Source: Octopus bimaculoides (Eukaryota). Taken from it: a stretch of 64,000 nucleotides of DNA. Below, piece after piece: positions 25,993-38,818 of the stretch (position 1 is the first letter of the stretch; every line of letters starts with the position of its first letter). Position numbers and translations under genes: made by a program. Under the pieces are notes generated by a model that saw only the letters and a program-made list of their open reading frames with translations, had not been told where the DNA came from and did not search any database. Where the stretch lies: assembly GCF_001194135.2 (NCBI RefSeq), contig NC_068982.1, positions 165,535,736 through 165,599,735 on the forward strand, written 5' to 3'.

Positions 25993-26358
25993 GGCGTAGG
26001 AGTGGCTGTGTCGTAAGTAGTTTGCTTACCAACCACATGGTCCCGGGTTTAGTCCCACTGCGTGGCATCTTGGGCAAGTGTCTTCTACTATAGCCTCGGG
26101 CCGACCAACGCCTTGTGAGTGGATTTGGTAGACGGAAACTGAAAGAAGCCTGTCGTATATATGTATANNNNNNNNNNCCCCAACATCGCTTGACAACCGA
26201 TGCTGGTGTGTTTATGTCCCCGTAACTTAGCAGTTCGGCAAAACAGACCGATAGAATAAGTACTAGGCTTCCAAAGAATAAGTCATGGGGTCGATTTGCT
26301 CGACTAAAGGCGGTGCTCCAGCATGGCCACAGTCAAAAGACTGAAACAAGTAAAAGAG
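25993..26358 (+). mobile_element. SINE family A
   Basis: Full head at 25993, 10-N gap internally, tail GTAAAAGAG. Confidence 0.92.
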
Positions 26359-27865
26359 CTGTATATCCAATTGTGTGATAAAATATGTTGTTCTTGGAAA
26401 CTTAGATATATCATCTATCCTTCCTCAGAACGGATATTATCATTTTTTAACAAGTATATCTCAAGAGCTTTGTATTTACCAGTAGATTAAAATCTATGCA
26501 ATTTACAATTTATCACTAATAGATGAGAATTGTAGATATTCTAATATCGTTTTAAATGTACAAGTAATCACGACAGATTTTAATTCATTACATATTGCGC
26601 AATTACATATACGTCAAACTGGATAGATCTTTACAGCCTAAATTTTCGGCGCCGTTGATGCCCTTATTTAGTATATACCTTTGATTCTCCTTAATTTCCT
26701 ACACGAAATGAAGAGGGGAAATGGTAGGTTCCTTGTTAGTACACTGATAAAATCTAGGTTCTGGTTAATCATATCGAATGATAGAGAACGCATACAATTG
26801 GTATCGTTTCTGTTGCTGTCACAGTTTTTGAAATTTTAAAATTAAATGAAAACTTTCAAATTTAATATATTAATGTAATTTTTCACACAGAATCTGATTT
26901 TGTTATTCACTTGTTCCAGAAAAAATGTAGATAAAGATTCAAACTAACAATATGACTAACAACCATATTGCTCTCATATTAAAACTTTACGTTTTAAGAT
27001 CAGATGAAAAGATAATGCAGTTTTGGACACTTTGACTAAAACTAGTGTAGCCGATGAAGTTTAGAACGCTCTGATCATGAGTTTGCCACTCCAGAGATAT
27101 GTGACTAAACCAGAACACCAAAATAGAAATCATTAATAGTGAGGTAGAGTGAAATTTAATAACTTTATGAATCCGGCATATAATTTTACTTGATATAAGT
27201 TTAAATCAAAACTTCTTGATGAGATACTGTCATTTCTAAGATTATTTATTAATCAAAATTATCTTTGTTTTGAAATTAATATTTGTTCTTAAATGATAAA
27301 ATATGTGAGATTTCAGAGATCTTCGCAAGGAAATATATCGAAAGAAAAAGGAATTTAATAACAGTATATAAGCGTAGACCAATATTTTGTAATTTTGAAT
27401 GATATCTCTTAATGGAAAGATAAGCAACGATAGGAATCAAACTATCGATGGTAAGTTCCTGCAGAGAAATCAATAACAACATTTTGAAATATTTACCAAA
27501 AATTATTTCAATTTTAGGAAATGAAATTTGTAACTATTTTTAACACAGCGTTTTCTACTAAATATTCAAAATATATACACAAATACACAACGCATGCGCA
27601 TGTACAAAGGTACACATATATAAATACTGCTTATATACATGCATACAGGCAAACAAATAAAACACAAACAAGTATCTGCAAGACGCTTTCTTACATAAAA
27701 GAAATTTTATATAAATATAGCTTAAATGAGGGAACATGAAATATTGTGTGTGTGTGTGTGTGTCTGTGTGTGTGTGCGTGTGTGCGCGCGCGCGTACGTG
27801 CGTGTGTGTTTATCTGTGAGATAGATAGAGAGGCAGGTAGATAGGTAGGTTTTGGGGATGTAGGG

Positions 27866-27959
27866 GGAGGGAGGAATGAGGGAGGGAGGAACGAGGGAGG
27901 GAGGAATAATGGAGGGCGGAACGAGGGAGGGAGGTACGAGGGAGGGAGGAACGAGGGAG
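27866..27959. repeat. 15-bp G-rich minisatellite (GGAGGGAGGAACGAG) x6.3
   Basis: Units start at 27866, 27881, 27896, 27911, 27926 and 27941. Confidence 0.9.
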
Positions 27960-30136
27960 TATGTGTGTATATGTCCACTTTGCAAGTACTAACCTTTTAT
28001 CATTTTACCAATCTCGTAGACGTGGAGTTTTAATATCAGCACGTTCTTGAATTGCTTTAGTTTTGTTCCTTCTCTTCGTTTCTCCTTCCTCAGCTGGCCG
28101 TAGCCGATTGGCTTATGGAGTCGGTTGTATTCTATTCAAATCGTGCGTCTTGTACACTGAACATTGTTTATAGGGTCTGTTACTTCGATGCCAGCTGCTT
28201 TAACATTTTGTGGGCACTAACACTTTTGACAATGCTACGAACAGAAAGCTCATAGAAGCGATTCGATTGAGCAGCTTTGTATTGAGTCTTGATCGAAAAC
28301 AAGTAAGGCAGTTACAGTTGTCAGAGGCGTTTTATTTTACGTCATAAAAATGACAGAGTTAGAAACTTCTATTAACCCAATAGTTGTTGTATATTATGTG
28401 AGTGATAGTTGCAATGAATTGTAAAGCGTTGTGACAATGATATATTCTTAGTTGCTTTGTGACTTAACTCAAAAGTATCTACCGGGCATCTATTTGTAAG
28501 GAAAGTGGCTATAATATTGCTTTGGATAAGTCTTACGATCGTTATTTACAATGCAGTACACCCGTAAGCGTCAAGCATCTTCCATATATCTGGTGAGAGA
28601 TATTGTCAATGTCATTGTCGAAGTCTATAAAGGTTACGTCGAGGGAATAACGTTTGTCACAACACATTTCTTTTAAGTGGAAAGCATAGTATATCATATC
28701 TGCATTTTGTATTGATAGTCGGAAGCCATCTGGAATCTCTAGTAAGTTTGTTTAAGCCTATGGATTAAGCTGGGAATGAATTTAACGTACACGCAGCGGT
28801 CATTACAGTCCGATTTGTCCCCTGTCATTTTTCTAGCTGACGACAATAAACTTATTTCTTAGGTTGAATGAATATGAGTGTTTGTGTGTGTGTCTGTGTG
28901 TGTGTCTGTGTCTGTCTGTCTGTCTGTCTGTGTTTATTGATATGTACATGCATGCAAGTGTATGTGTATATGGGTGTGCATGTATGTGCGTGTGTGTGTT
29001 ACAACGAGAAATGTAGAAAGAATATCGGATTAACGAAATTTATATATAAAACAATACCCTACTATATATATANNNNNNNNNNNNNNNNNNNNNNNNNNNN
29101 NNNNNNNNNNNNNNNNNNNNNNNNNNNNNNNNNNNNNNNNNNNNNNNNNTATAATATAATATAATATAATATAATATAAATAATATATAGATATATGCAT
29201 ATATACATACATACATGTACATATCTACATATATATGTATATATACATGCATATATGGGTACAGGACATCAAAAAACGTAGACAAAATGAGAAATGAGAA
29301 CATAAAAAAAAAAAAAAAACATAGAAAGCGAAGTTGTTTCGAAGAACGAAAGAAACAAACAAACAGAGAAACGAGACAGGCAACATAAAGAGCATTCCCT
29401 TCATCAGTTGTCCCCTGTTTTATCTATTCCGACGGTAGGGACAAGACGCGACTTCGTTGAAACAGTCCTTCCTGCAAAGCAAATTAAATAAAATTTGAGA
29501 TTTTTTGCGGAGGGTAAAAGTGGTAAGAAAAACAGGACAGTGAGAACAAAACAGTAAAAACAAACGGTGAGGGCTATTAAGCCATGATGATGTGAAGTGG
29601 TGAACACTGGCAAAACGAGCTTTGAGAAGAGACAGATAAAAGCACGTCTTGTCTTTAGGAAGGAAGTAGAGGAATGAAAGATGGATACTATATATATACC
29701 TGCGAGTTGTATGAAAATATAGCAAAAATTGATCATAACCTATTTATATTTAATGATATATTTTCTTGCAATATTATGATAGTTTTTAGTTTTGAAATAT
29801 GAACTTAGCAAAGAGTACGATTAATTATAGCTATTACTAATTGTGAAAATAAAATTCTTGTAAAACTTCTCAGACAAAATTAATGAGGCAAGTACGTATA
29901 TAGTGCGACAATGCCAGTATTCTACTCGATCAAAGCGGGTGATGTGGATAGCTGTCAGCACCAAACTGGTCTGATAAAAATCAAAGCAAAATGGTGTATG
30001 TGTGGGAGTGAGTATACAGAAATATGTGAGTGTAGGTACATATATATATGTGTCTGAGTATATATATATACACACACACACACACACATACACACACATG
30101 ACATGAAAACAAAATGATAAGAGATTNNNNNNNNNN

Positions 30137-30214
<78 letters not shown>

Positions 30215-30287
30215 CGAGAAAATTATTATTACTATTATTATTATATGTTTGGCTTTGCTTTGTATTTGTACAAGTTGACTTCAAGTT

Positions 30288-30419
<132 letters not shown>

Positions 30420-30737
30420 ATTTGATTCCACTTAGACTGCAATATTCACCTAACCGTTTAATCAAGCAGAACAGTAAAACTTGAAGTCCCATTGAAATTA
30501 AAGTTTCGCAATAATACCCTATAGGTTACTTTTTAAAATAGTTATTTGAATGGCCTAGATTTTCATTTATTTCTCTCCTATATGTGCGCACGTTTTCTCA
30601 ATAGGTGCTAAATATCTGTTTGACGATATTACGTTTATTAATCAGTTACGTTCGTTTCGAAAGATAATGGAACTGTTACATCAATAAACTTGTTAGTTTA
30701 TACAGATAGAAAAATCAGTTAATTTAAACAAAATTAA

Positions 30738-30955
30738 GGCGGCAAGCTGGAAGAAACGTTAGCACACTGGGAAAAATGCCTAACAGCATTTCATCCGTCC
30801 TTACCTTCTGAGTTCAAATTCCGCCGAGGTCGATATTCTCTTTCAGTCTTTCGAAGTTGATAAAATAAGTACCAATTGAATACTAGCGTCTATATAATTG
30901 ACTTAAACTTTTTTCCGAAATGTTTGACCTTGTGCCAAAATTTGAAACTAATATT
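30738..30955 (+). mobile_element. SINE family B (diverged)
   Basis: GGCGGCAAGCTGGAAGAAACGTTAGC head, GAGTTCAAATTCC B-box. Confidence 0.85.
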
Positions 30956-31014
30956 AGATGAAATTTTCCATTGATCATCTCATTTTACTAGGCGTAAATG
31001 CAATATAAACTTAC

Positions 31015-31132
31015 ATGGTCGTATTGATCAATATAATGTGAAAGAGCGGGGCTTAAACTATGAGAGTAATAAATCTGTAGCGGGTTCCGACTGGCAGATT
31101 TAGGGAACAAAGATTTATTGTATACAAATGCA
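31015..31132 (-). CDS. Candidate 118-nt exon: AFVYNKSLFPKSASRNPLQIYYSHSLSPALSHYIDQYDH
   Basis: Acceptor gcctgtttgtatctccaccag, donor CAT|GTAAGT. Only one of three frames is open (within ORF 30988..31188). No recognised homology. Confidence 0.33.
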
Positions 31133-31612
31133 CTGGTGGAGATACAAACAGGCGAAGAGAATTTTCCAAAAAAGCGCGAGCCTCGCACTATATTCTCGAA
31201 CAGGCCATTAATAGGGGAAAGAAAATATGAAGAGAAAAGTTTTGAAGCAAACGTACAGAATAAATTTATAAATCCGTCACTATGATTATGGCTTAGGTTA
31301 TTTAGAGCTGAAATTAAATTATTTGTTGAGAAATAATAGAATAGCTATGCAGGGAAAAAACTGAGCAAGAAGTATTAAGATGAAGAAGACGTTCCAGATA
31401 GGATTAACCGCGATAAAGTTGAAGCAATCCCCAAAACAAGTACGTTATCTCCCATTTTACTAAAATTACGTACGTTAACTAAAGACGATTCTTAAGAAAG
31501 TTTAGGAATTTGTGACAACTGCTCAACAATTCGGTACGCTTATTAATTAAACCTGACCATCGCTTAATATTTTGAAGTACTGCCATATAATATAAATTCC
31601 TGTTAAACAAGC

Positions 31613-31685
<73 letters not shown>

Positions 31686-31908
31686 TCTCTCTCTCATACA
31701 CATACATACAATATACACGCACACAACAATCCCGCACCCATAGACACGCACGGAAGAAAAACATTTTTTATAGGGCTAAAAGCAAAAAACAGTGTGCGAG
31801 AGCTATAAGGTTAAAACGCGTCTAAACTGCGCATATTTTCGCATGCACGCACATATATCTATATACGCACGTACCCGGTGTGGGTGTATATGCGTGTATA
31901 TATGCATA

Positions 31909-32315
31909 TACTCTTTTACTCTTTTACTTGTTTCAGTCATTTAACTGCGGCCATGCTGGAGCACCGCCTTTTTTAATCGAGCAAATCGACCCCAGGACTT
32001 ATTCTTTGGAAGCCTAGTACTTATTATATCGATCTATTTTGCCGAACGGCTAAGTTACGGGGACGTAAACACACCAGCATCGGTTGCCAAGCGATGTTGG
32101 GAGAGAAACACAGACACAAACACACACACACACATATATATATACATATATACGACGGGCTTCTTTCAGTTTCCGTCTACCAAATCCACTCACAAGGCTT
32201 TGGTCGGCCCGAGGCTATAGTAGAAGACACTTGCCCAAGGTGCCACGCAGTGCAAATGAACCCGGAAGCATGTGGCTGGTAAGCAAGCTACTTACCACAC
32301 ACCTACTCCTGCGCC
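31909..32315 (-). mobile_element. SINE family A
   Basis: Full-length reverse-complement copy. Confidence 0.92.
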
Positions 32316-32542
32316 TATGTACATATATGTATAGTTTTGGGCAATTAGGTGGGTGAGCATGTGTGTGGTTAAAGCGAGGATGGCTTAGTATATAAATATA
32401 GGTGAATGTACGGATTGGTGCGCTTACGCGAACCTATAGACTTCTCTATTCCCTTAATTTTATCCTCTCCCCTTACTTTGTGGTCTATTAGCTTTTTTGT
32501 CTTAATGAAGGTCAACAACACATTTTTCACAGGAATTTTCAA

Positions 32543-32616
32543 TGGCCGGATAACTGAAGAGATTTTGGCGTGGGCTCCCACCCCGGCATCCGAAACTCGG
32601 AGTTTTATCATGGCTA
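32543..32616 (+). ncRNA. Type I hammerhead ribozyme motif (Penelope-associated type)
   Basis: Stem I GATAA (32549-53)/TTATC (32605-09), extended by TGGCC/GGCTA. Core CTGAAGA (32554-60). Long stem II (32561-91). GAAA (32592-95). Stem III ACTC-G-GAGT. Predicted cleavage after GUU at 32604. Confidence 0.7.
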
Positions 32617-32685
32617 CCGAATAAGTGTCACATATTTTTACAGATAGATTCTTCTATATATCAATATATATATATACATACATAC

Positions 32686-32765
<80 letters not shown>

Positions 32766-33093
32766 AATCCAAACATGAACGGACGTTTACGTGCATGTAT
32801 GTGCGTGTGTGTTTTTGCCCATGTGTGTGCAATTGTGTGTCGTGTCTATGTGTATTGTAAATGTTGGAGGTATATGTGCGTACATGTGCTAGTGTGTGTA
32901 TGTATGTGTGTATATGTGTGTGTGCGTGTGTGTATGTGCCTGTGTATATGTGTGTGTGTACGTGCGTGTGTGCATGTGTGTATGTGCGTGCGTGTGTATA
33001 TGTGTGTGTGAACGTGGAGATGTGTGTCGGGTTATGTGTGCATTTTGTAGCGTGTATGCGCGTGTGCTTGAGTATGTATGTGTATGTGGTTGT

Positions 33094-33879
33094 GTGTCCC
33101 AAAAGTCACTGAGGGGTTTTAAGTTTTAATGACTCCCTTATTTTTACAAAAGGGTACGAAACTTTAATTCGATATAGAGGAGATAATAGAGATTAATTTG
33201 CATCAGTCCTTTTTCATCATACCTCTGCATCGGATATGAAAAATGACATCTGTTAAATGGCATCCATTTTCAGCTTTACAGATCCATGCCTTATCCAAAA
33301 TATTTTCTATGAGAGCTGAAAGGTTTCAAGGTCCAACTCTGGTTTCTGAAGTGATACTCCCCTTCAGTTGCTCCAGGGTTTCTGGCATGTAGACATAAAC
33401 CTTCTCAATGAGGTATCCCAACAAGTCAGGGCTGGTCACGTCTGGGGTACACGATGGCCAGTTGATATCGCAGTAGCGAGAGATGATTCTGTCTACAAAA
33501 TATTGTCTCAGAAATTATATTATCTCTCTTGTGATATGAGCATTTATCTCATCTTGCTAGAACCACATATCGGGCCTATTTTGAATGGCCGGATACAAAA
33601 GGTTCTCGATCATGGACCTGTACTACTCACCAGTCACAGTGACAGCATTCCCACCATCGTCTTCAAAGAAATAAGGCCCAATTAACTCATCTACCATGAT
33701 TACACACCATACTATACAATTTATGGGTGTAATTCTCTTTGGTGGTCTCTGAGTTTGAATAATTGACCCCTAATTTCGATAGTATAATTTCACCACCTGG
33801 ATATGTTGTGTCAAATGTTACCATAATTAATTTCTAGAACTCTCCCCCCCCCGCCCCAGTTACATTTGGCCGACCCTAT

Positions 33880-33880
<1 letters not shown>
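33094..33880 (-). mobile_element. Internally deleted Tc1/mariner DD41D (rosa-type) transposon fossil
   Basis: Minus strand VWC...IGPYFFEDDGGNAVTVTGE*YRSM...WF*QD...NWPSCTPDVTSPDLLGYL with 41 residues between the 2nd and 3rd D. Possible decayed TIRs at 33094-33111 and 33857-33880, the latter ending in TA. Confidence 0.8.
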
Positions 33881-34140
<260 letters not shown>

Positions 34141-35698
34141 AGAGTGAGAAGAGATACAAACATACACGCGTCCAAACACCCACACCCACACACATACACA
34201 CACGTACACACATACACATACATGTATGTATGCATCTTACAAATTAAAACATATATAAATAATTATGTGTGTATGTACTTACGCATGATTATAAATGTGA
34301 GTTACAAATTTTATCTAGAATCTTTGCTACGTTTTCGCTATTATTTATCCAGCACAAGCGAGACAATCGCTAATAGTTCCCAGACGAACCAGAATCAAAT
34401 GAATGAAATAATGGCAGAATTATTCTGAAATTTACTATTTTAACTCTGAAATCAAAGGAATTTTATTAGTTGATTCTGCCTGAATGTGTATTGATTTTTT
34501 CCAATATATCTTGCTTGTTGATCCTAAACTATCTTTTCTCAGAAAATTATTATTTCTCATTTTTTTCTAATTTCAGTCGTTTTATCTGTTTCTCTATGTT
34601 CCTTCTTTATTTTTTTATATATAATTAAATGCTCATGTATTCATTGATTCTCACAGATAGATATTCACGCATACATACGAACACATACACAAATAAACGT
34701 TTGTACAGGCAAGCTCACTCAGTCAGAGAACCATTAAGCCATAATCACACAGAGTAAGTAAGTACTGGTGTGTAGTTACACACACATGCAAAAACCCAAA
34801 CACACGCACACATACACCATACGCATATATCTACGCGTGTGTATGTGTTCATGTGTGTGACTGTATCTAAAGTAATGTTCCTATAATACATTATATTCCC
34901 GCCTCATCTTTTTGCGCATTACATGAATTGGCTCCTATGCATTCATATACCTATTCAATCATACATACACACAAGCATACATATATGTATATATACATAC
35001 ATAAATACACACACTCTCATATATATGTATGAATATATGTGTATATGTATATATATATGCATGTATATACGCCATTCAAAGTATACTTCTTTTGGGGTAA
35101 ATATACAGTTTTGTCTCGCTGAGAATAAAGTCTGTACTGCACAGTTCGTATTTTTTATATTTTGGTGAGTAGAAATCTGTAATCAAACTGACGAGTTTCT
35201 AATTTTGTTAGCACCGGAATGGAGTATGCCCAATAAAGAGATTAGTTAGTAATTTATGGCTATCTATTGTTTATATAAATATAGGTTTAGTATTCGTTTT
35301 TTTTTTTTGTTTTTGTTTTTATAACAGTGCAAGCGCTGAAAATATGATTAATTAGTTAATAATACAGTGTAGAGTGTTTTGGGATAATTAATTACTATGT
35401 GATTTAATGCTTTCATAAACATACAAAATTAAGTTTCATTCCTAAATGATAAACAGGTGGAGGTAAAAGAAATCATCTTCCTATATTTTGTACCAGATGG
35501 GATTTAATTTAACCAGATCCCACTTTTCTAATCTAAGTTCCATTCTCCTAACAACTTGCTATCGAAAGTGGTACTACTACTGACAATCTAGTTAATTAAC
35601 TAAGTAATAATACATTACAATAATAATGAAAATAATAATATATTAAACCATTTTTGGTTAATTTGTAATGAAACTTTAGGTGTATATTTTACTGATAA

Positions 35699-37834
35699 CG
35701 CTGGCCAAAAATTCTCACTTTTTTCTACTGACCTATGTTTGATGCCTGTTTTGAGGTAATTTGGAACCACTGACTTTTAAAATGGCAATACTGTTTTTCT
35801 ATCACGTCTAGTTTTTTTCTATGGGCTGGCCCATATTGGCCCCACCCGTAGCTCCATGTTTGAAATGTTTGAATTCCTCTGACTCTTGTTTTTATATACG
35901 TGGGTATTTTACAGTACCAAGTCAAAGAATGAACGTTAGTGACATTGCGGAAAGATCCTACTTGGCTTACTTAAGGATTAAAGTTGGTGATCAGGATAAA
36001 TCGTGGGCCCGCACAGTGTATGTAAACCCTATGTCGAAAATCTACGCCAATAGACAAAGCGCACAAGGAAACAACTAACATGTGGCATTCCTATGATATG
36101 GTGAGTACCAAACAACCTTGTAAACGATTGCTATTTTTATCTCAAAATGATTTCTGGTTATAGCAAGAGAACGTGACATAAAATAAGTCACACAAATCTG
36201 GATTCAGCAATTCAAACGGAATACCAGTACCTTCTTTCTAGGATCTGTCTTCACTGAAAGATGAAAGTGATATATGTGAAGTAGATGTAAATCATAAACA
36301 TGACAGCGATATAGGATTTGCAGGAACATCAACCAAAGAACGTGAAAACTTCAACCAGGCAAAACTTAAAGATTTAGTTTCGTTAAAGACTTAGGACTGT
36401 CAAAAGACTTATCAGAACTGTTAGCTTCTAGGCGTAAAGAGAAATTGTTGCAGAAAGAAACAAACGTGACTTTTTATCAGAACAAAGAAAAAGATCTCTC
36501 GGCAATCTTTACAACGGGAAAAAAATTTCATGTACTGCTGTGACGTGGTGGGACTGTTAAACGTGACGGGTGTTGATCAGTATGATCCTAGTGAATGGAG
36601 ACTCTTTATAGATACTTCAAAGAAGAGTCTAAAATGTGTATTACTCTATAATATAAACTTGTTTGGTGCGCTTTTTATTGGTCACCCTGTGCGCTTAAAA
36701 GAGAATTGTGATCACATAAAAGTTGCATTAGATTTACTTATGAATAATGAACTCTAATGGGTTGCATATGTGGATCTAAAAATGGTCAACTTTTTACTTG
36801 GCCAAGAAGGAGGGTATATACAATATCCGTGTTGCTTGTGTTTATAGGATAGCCAAGCGAGAGACAAACATTTGGAACAGAAACTCCAGCCAGTTAGGAA
36901 AAGTCTGACTGTTGGGGATAAGAATATCATACACCAACCACTTGTTGAGCGAGAGAAAAATCATCTTTCAATCCCTTCATATTAAACAAGAACTAGTGAA
37001 GTAATTTGTCAAAGCTCTTAATGTGGAAGGTAACTGTTTCAAATTCATAGGTACAATATTGCCTGGCCTAAGTTATGATAAAATAAAGGCTGGTGTTTGT
37101 GATGGGCCACAAATCAAAACGTTAGCAAAATGCCAGAATTTCTGGAGTTTGATGGCTGACATAGAAAAAATAACATAGTATTCATGTGTGACTGTTGTGA
37201 AAGGATCGGGCGGAGAGTGGAAAGGCTGCAAACTACAAAGATTTGGTGGAGACATTATTTGATAGCTCTCATCTTTTAGGCTGCAACATGAGCATAAAGC
37301 TTCATTTCCTCAATAGCCATCTCGACGAATATCCTGTAAATCTCGGAGACGTGAGCGATGAGCATGGTGAGCGTTTTCATCAAACAATCAAGATTATGAA
37401 GGAGAGATATCAAGGCCAATGGAACACACGCATGGCAGCAGACTACTGCTGGAGCATTGAAAGAAACTGTGTAGACATGAAATACTTCACATTCTCTCGC
37501 AAGCGAAAATTTGTTCTATGAATATGAAGGTGTATGTATTGTATGATGGTTTGTGCTTTATCCATTGTGTTAGAAAATTAACAGTATGTATTTAGTAAAA
37601 GGTGATGCTAACTTACATTTCATATTCTATTGACAATTATAACTTATGATTTGAAGCTATAAGACTTAGTAAACTATCCTGACCAAGAAAATAATTTATA
37701 CAGTACATCATAAAATAGGGGTATGAAAAGCTGATCTGTCAGGAAAAAACAGATGCCATATTTGAAATCAGCATCTCAAAATTAACTAAAAACAATCACA
37801 AAGCCGAAGTCAGCAAAAAGTGTATTGACCAGTG
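35699..37834 (+). mobile_element. Full-length decayed Chapaev-type (CMC superfamily, Chapaev3-like) DNA transposon
   Basis: Imperfect ~120-bp TIRs: left CGCTGGCCAA.., right reverse complement CACTGGTCAA... TAA on both flanks (35696-98, 37835-37). Transposase remnants CLNSSDSCFYIRG, GDQDKSWAPH, DCYF, DPSEWRLFID, VDLKMVNFLLG, MSIKLHFLNSHLD, SDEHGERFHQ, RYQGQW..MAADYCW. Family name is from recalled motifs. Confidence 0.8.
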
Positions 37835-38143
37835 TAATCTTATCAATTTATGAAGGAGCTCAGCCGTTTGGATATTGAACCTGTTTTGACAACAATTCTT
37901 TCTGACACTGGAGGCAACCATGCGCATGCGCGCAGAAATATGCTCATGAAGAGAAGGACAGAGAATGACAGAATGAAAGGATGCAGATACACTATTAATA
38001 TAAACGTTTTCCCTTTCGTATACATAAAAATATGCTCGTAACAAAAACAGAGAGTGAGAAAGACAGAGAGAGAAAGAGAGAGAGACAGACAGACAGACAG
38101 ACACACAGAGACAGAGAGAGTCAGTCAGTCAGTCAGTCAGACA

Positions 38144-38818
38144 GACAGAGACAAAGAGAGACAGAGACAAAGAGAGACAGAGACAAAGAGAGACAGAGAC
38201 AAAGAGAGACAGAGTCAAAGAGAGACAGAGACAAAGAGAGACAGAGACAAAGAGAGACAGAAACAAAGAGAGACAGAGTCAAAGAGAGACAGAGACAAAG
38301 ACAGACAGAGACAAAGAGAGACAGAAACAAAGAGAGACAGAGACAAAGAGAGACAGAGACAAAGAGAGACAGAGACAAAGAGAGACAGAGACAAAGAGAG
38401 ACAGAGNNNNNNNNNNNNNNNNNNNNNNNNNNNNNNNNNNNNNNNNNNNNNNNNNNNNNNNNNNNNNNNNNNNNNNNNNNNNNNNNNNNNNNNNNNNNNN
38501 NNNNNNNNNNNNNNNNNNNNNNNNNNNNNNNNNNNNNNNNNNNNNNNNNNNNNNNNNNNNNNNNNNNNNNNNNNNNNNNNNNNNNNNNNNNNNNNNNNNN
38601 NNNNNNGACAGAGACAAAGAGAGACAGAGACAAAGAGAGACAGAAACAAAGAGAGACAGAGACAAAGAGAGACAGCGACAAAGAGAGACAGAGACAAAAA
38701 GAGACAGAGACAAAGAGAGACAGAGACAAAAAGAGACAGAGACAAAGAGAGACAGAGACAAAGAGAGACAGAGACAAAGAGAGACAGAGACAAAGAGAGA
38801 CAGAGACAAAGAGAGACT
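38144..38818. repeat. 18-bp minisatellite (GACAGAGACAAAGAGAGA)n spanning an N gap
   Basis: Unit read directly on both sides of the 38407-38606 gap; explains the RQRET/ETKRD pseudo-ORFs. Confidence 0.95.

Noticed and set aside
21128-26358. SINE heads as genuine tRNA genes
   Set aside because: A and B boxes are present but continue into SINE bodies and tails; no complete cloverleaf.
29226-29690. Probable interspersed terminal-repeat-like element with minus-strand CTGATGA near 29405
   Set aside because: Stem II pairing to the distant CGAAAC is weak and no stem III or cleavage site follows; element class cannot be supported from sequence alone.
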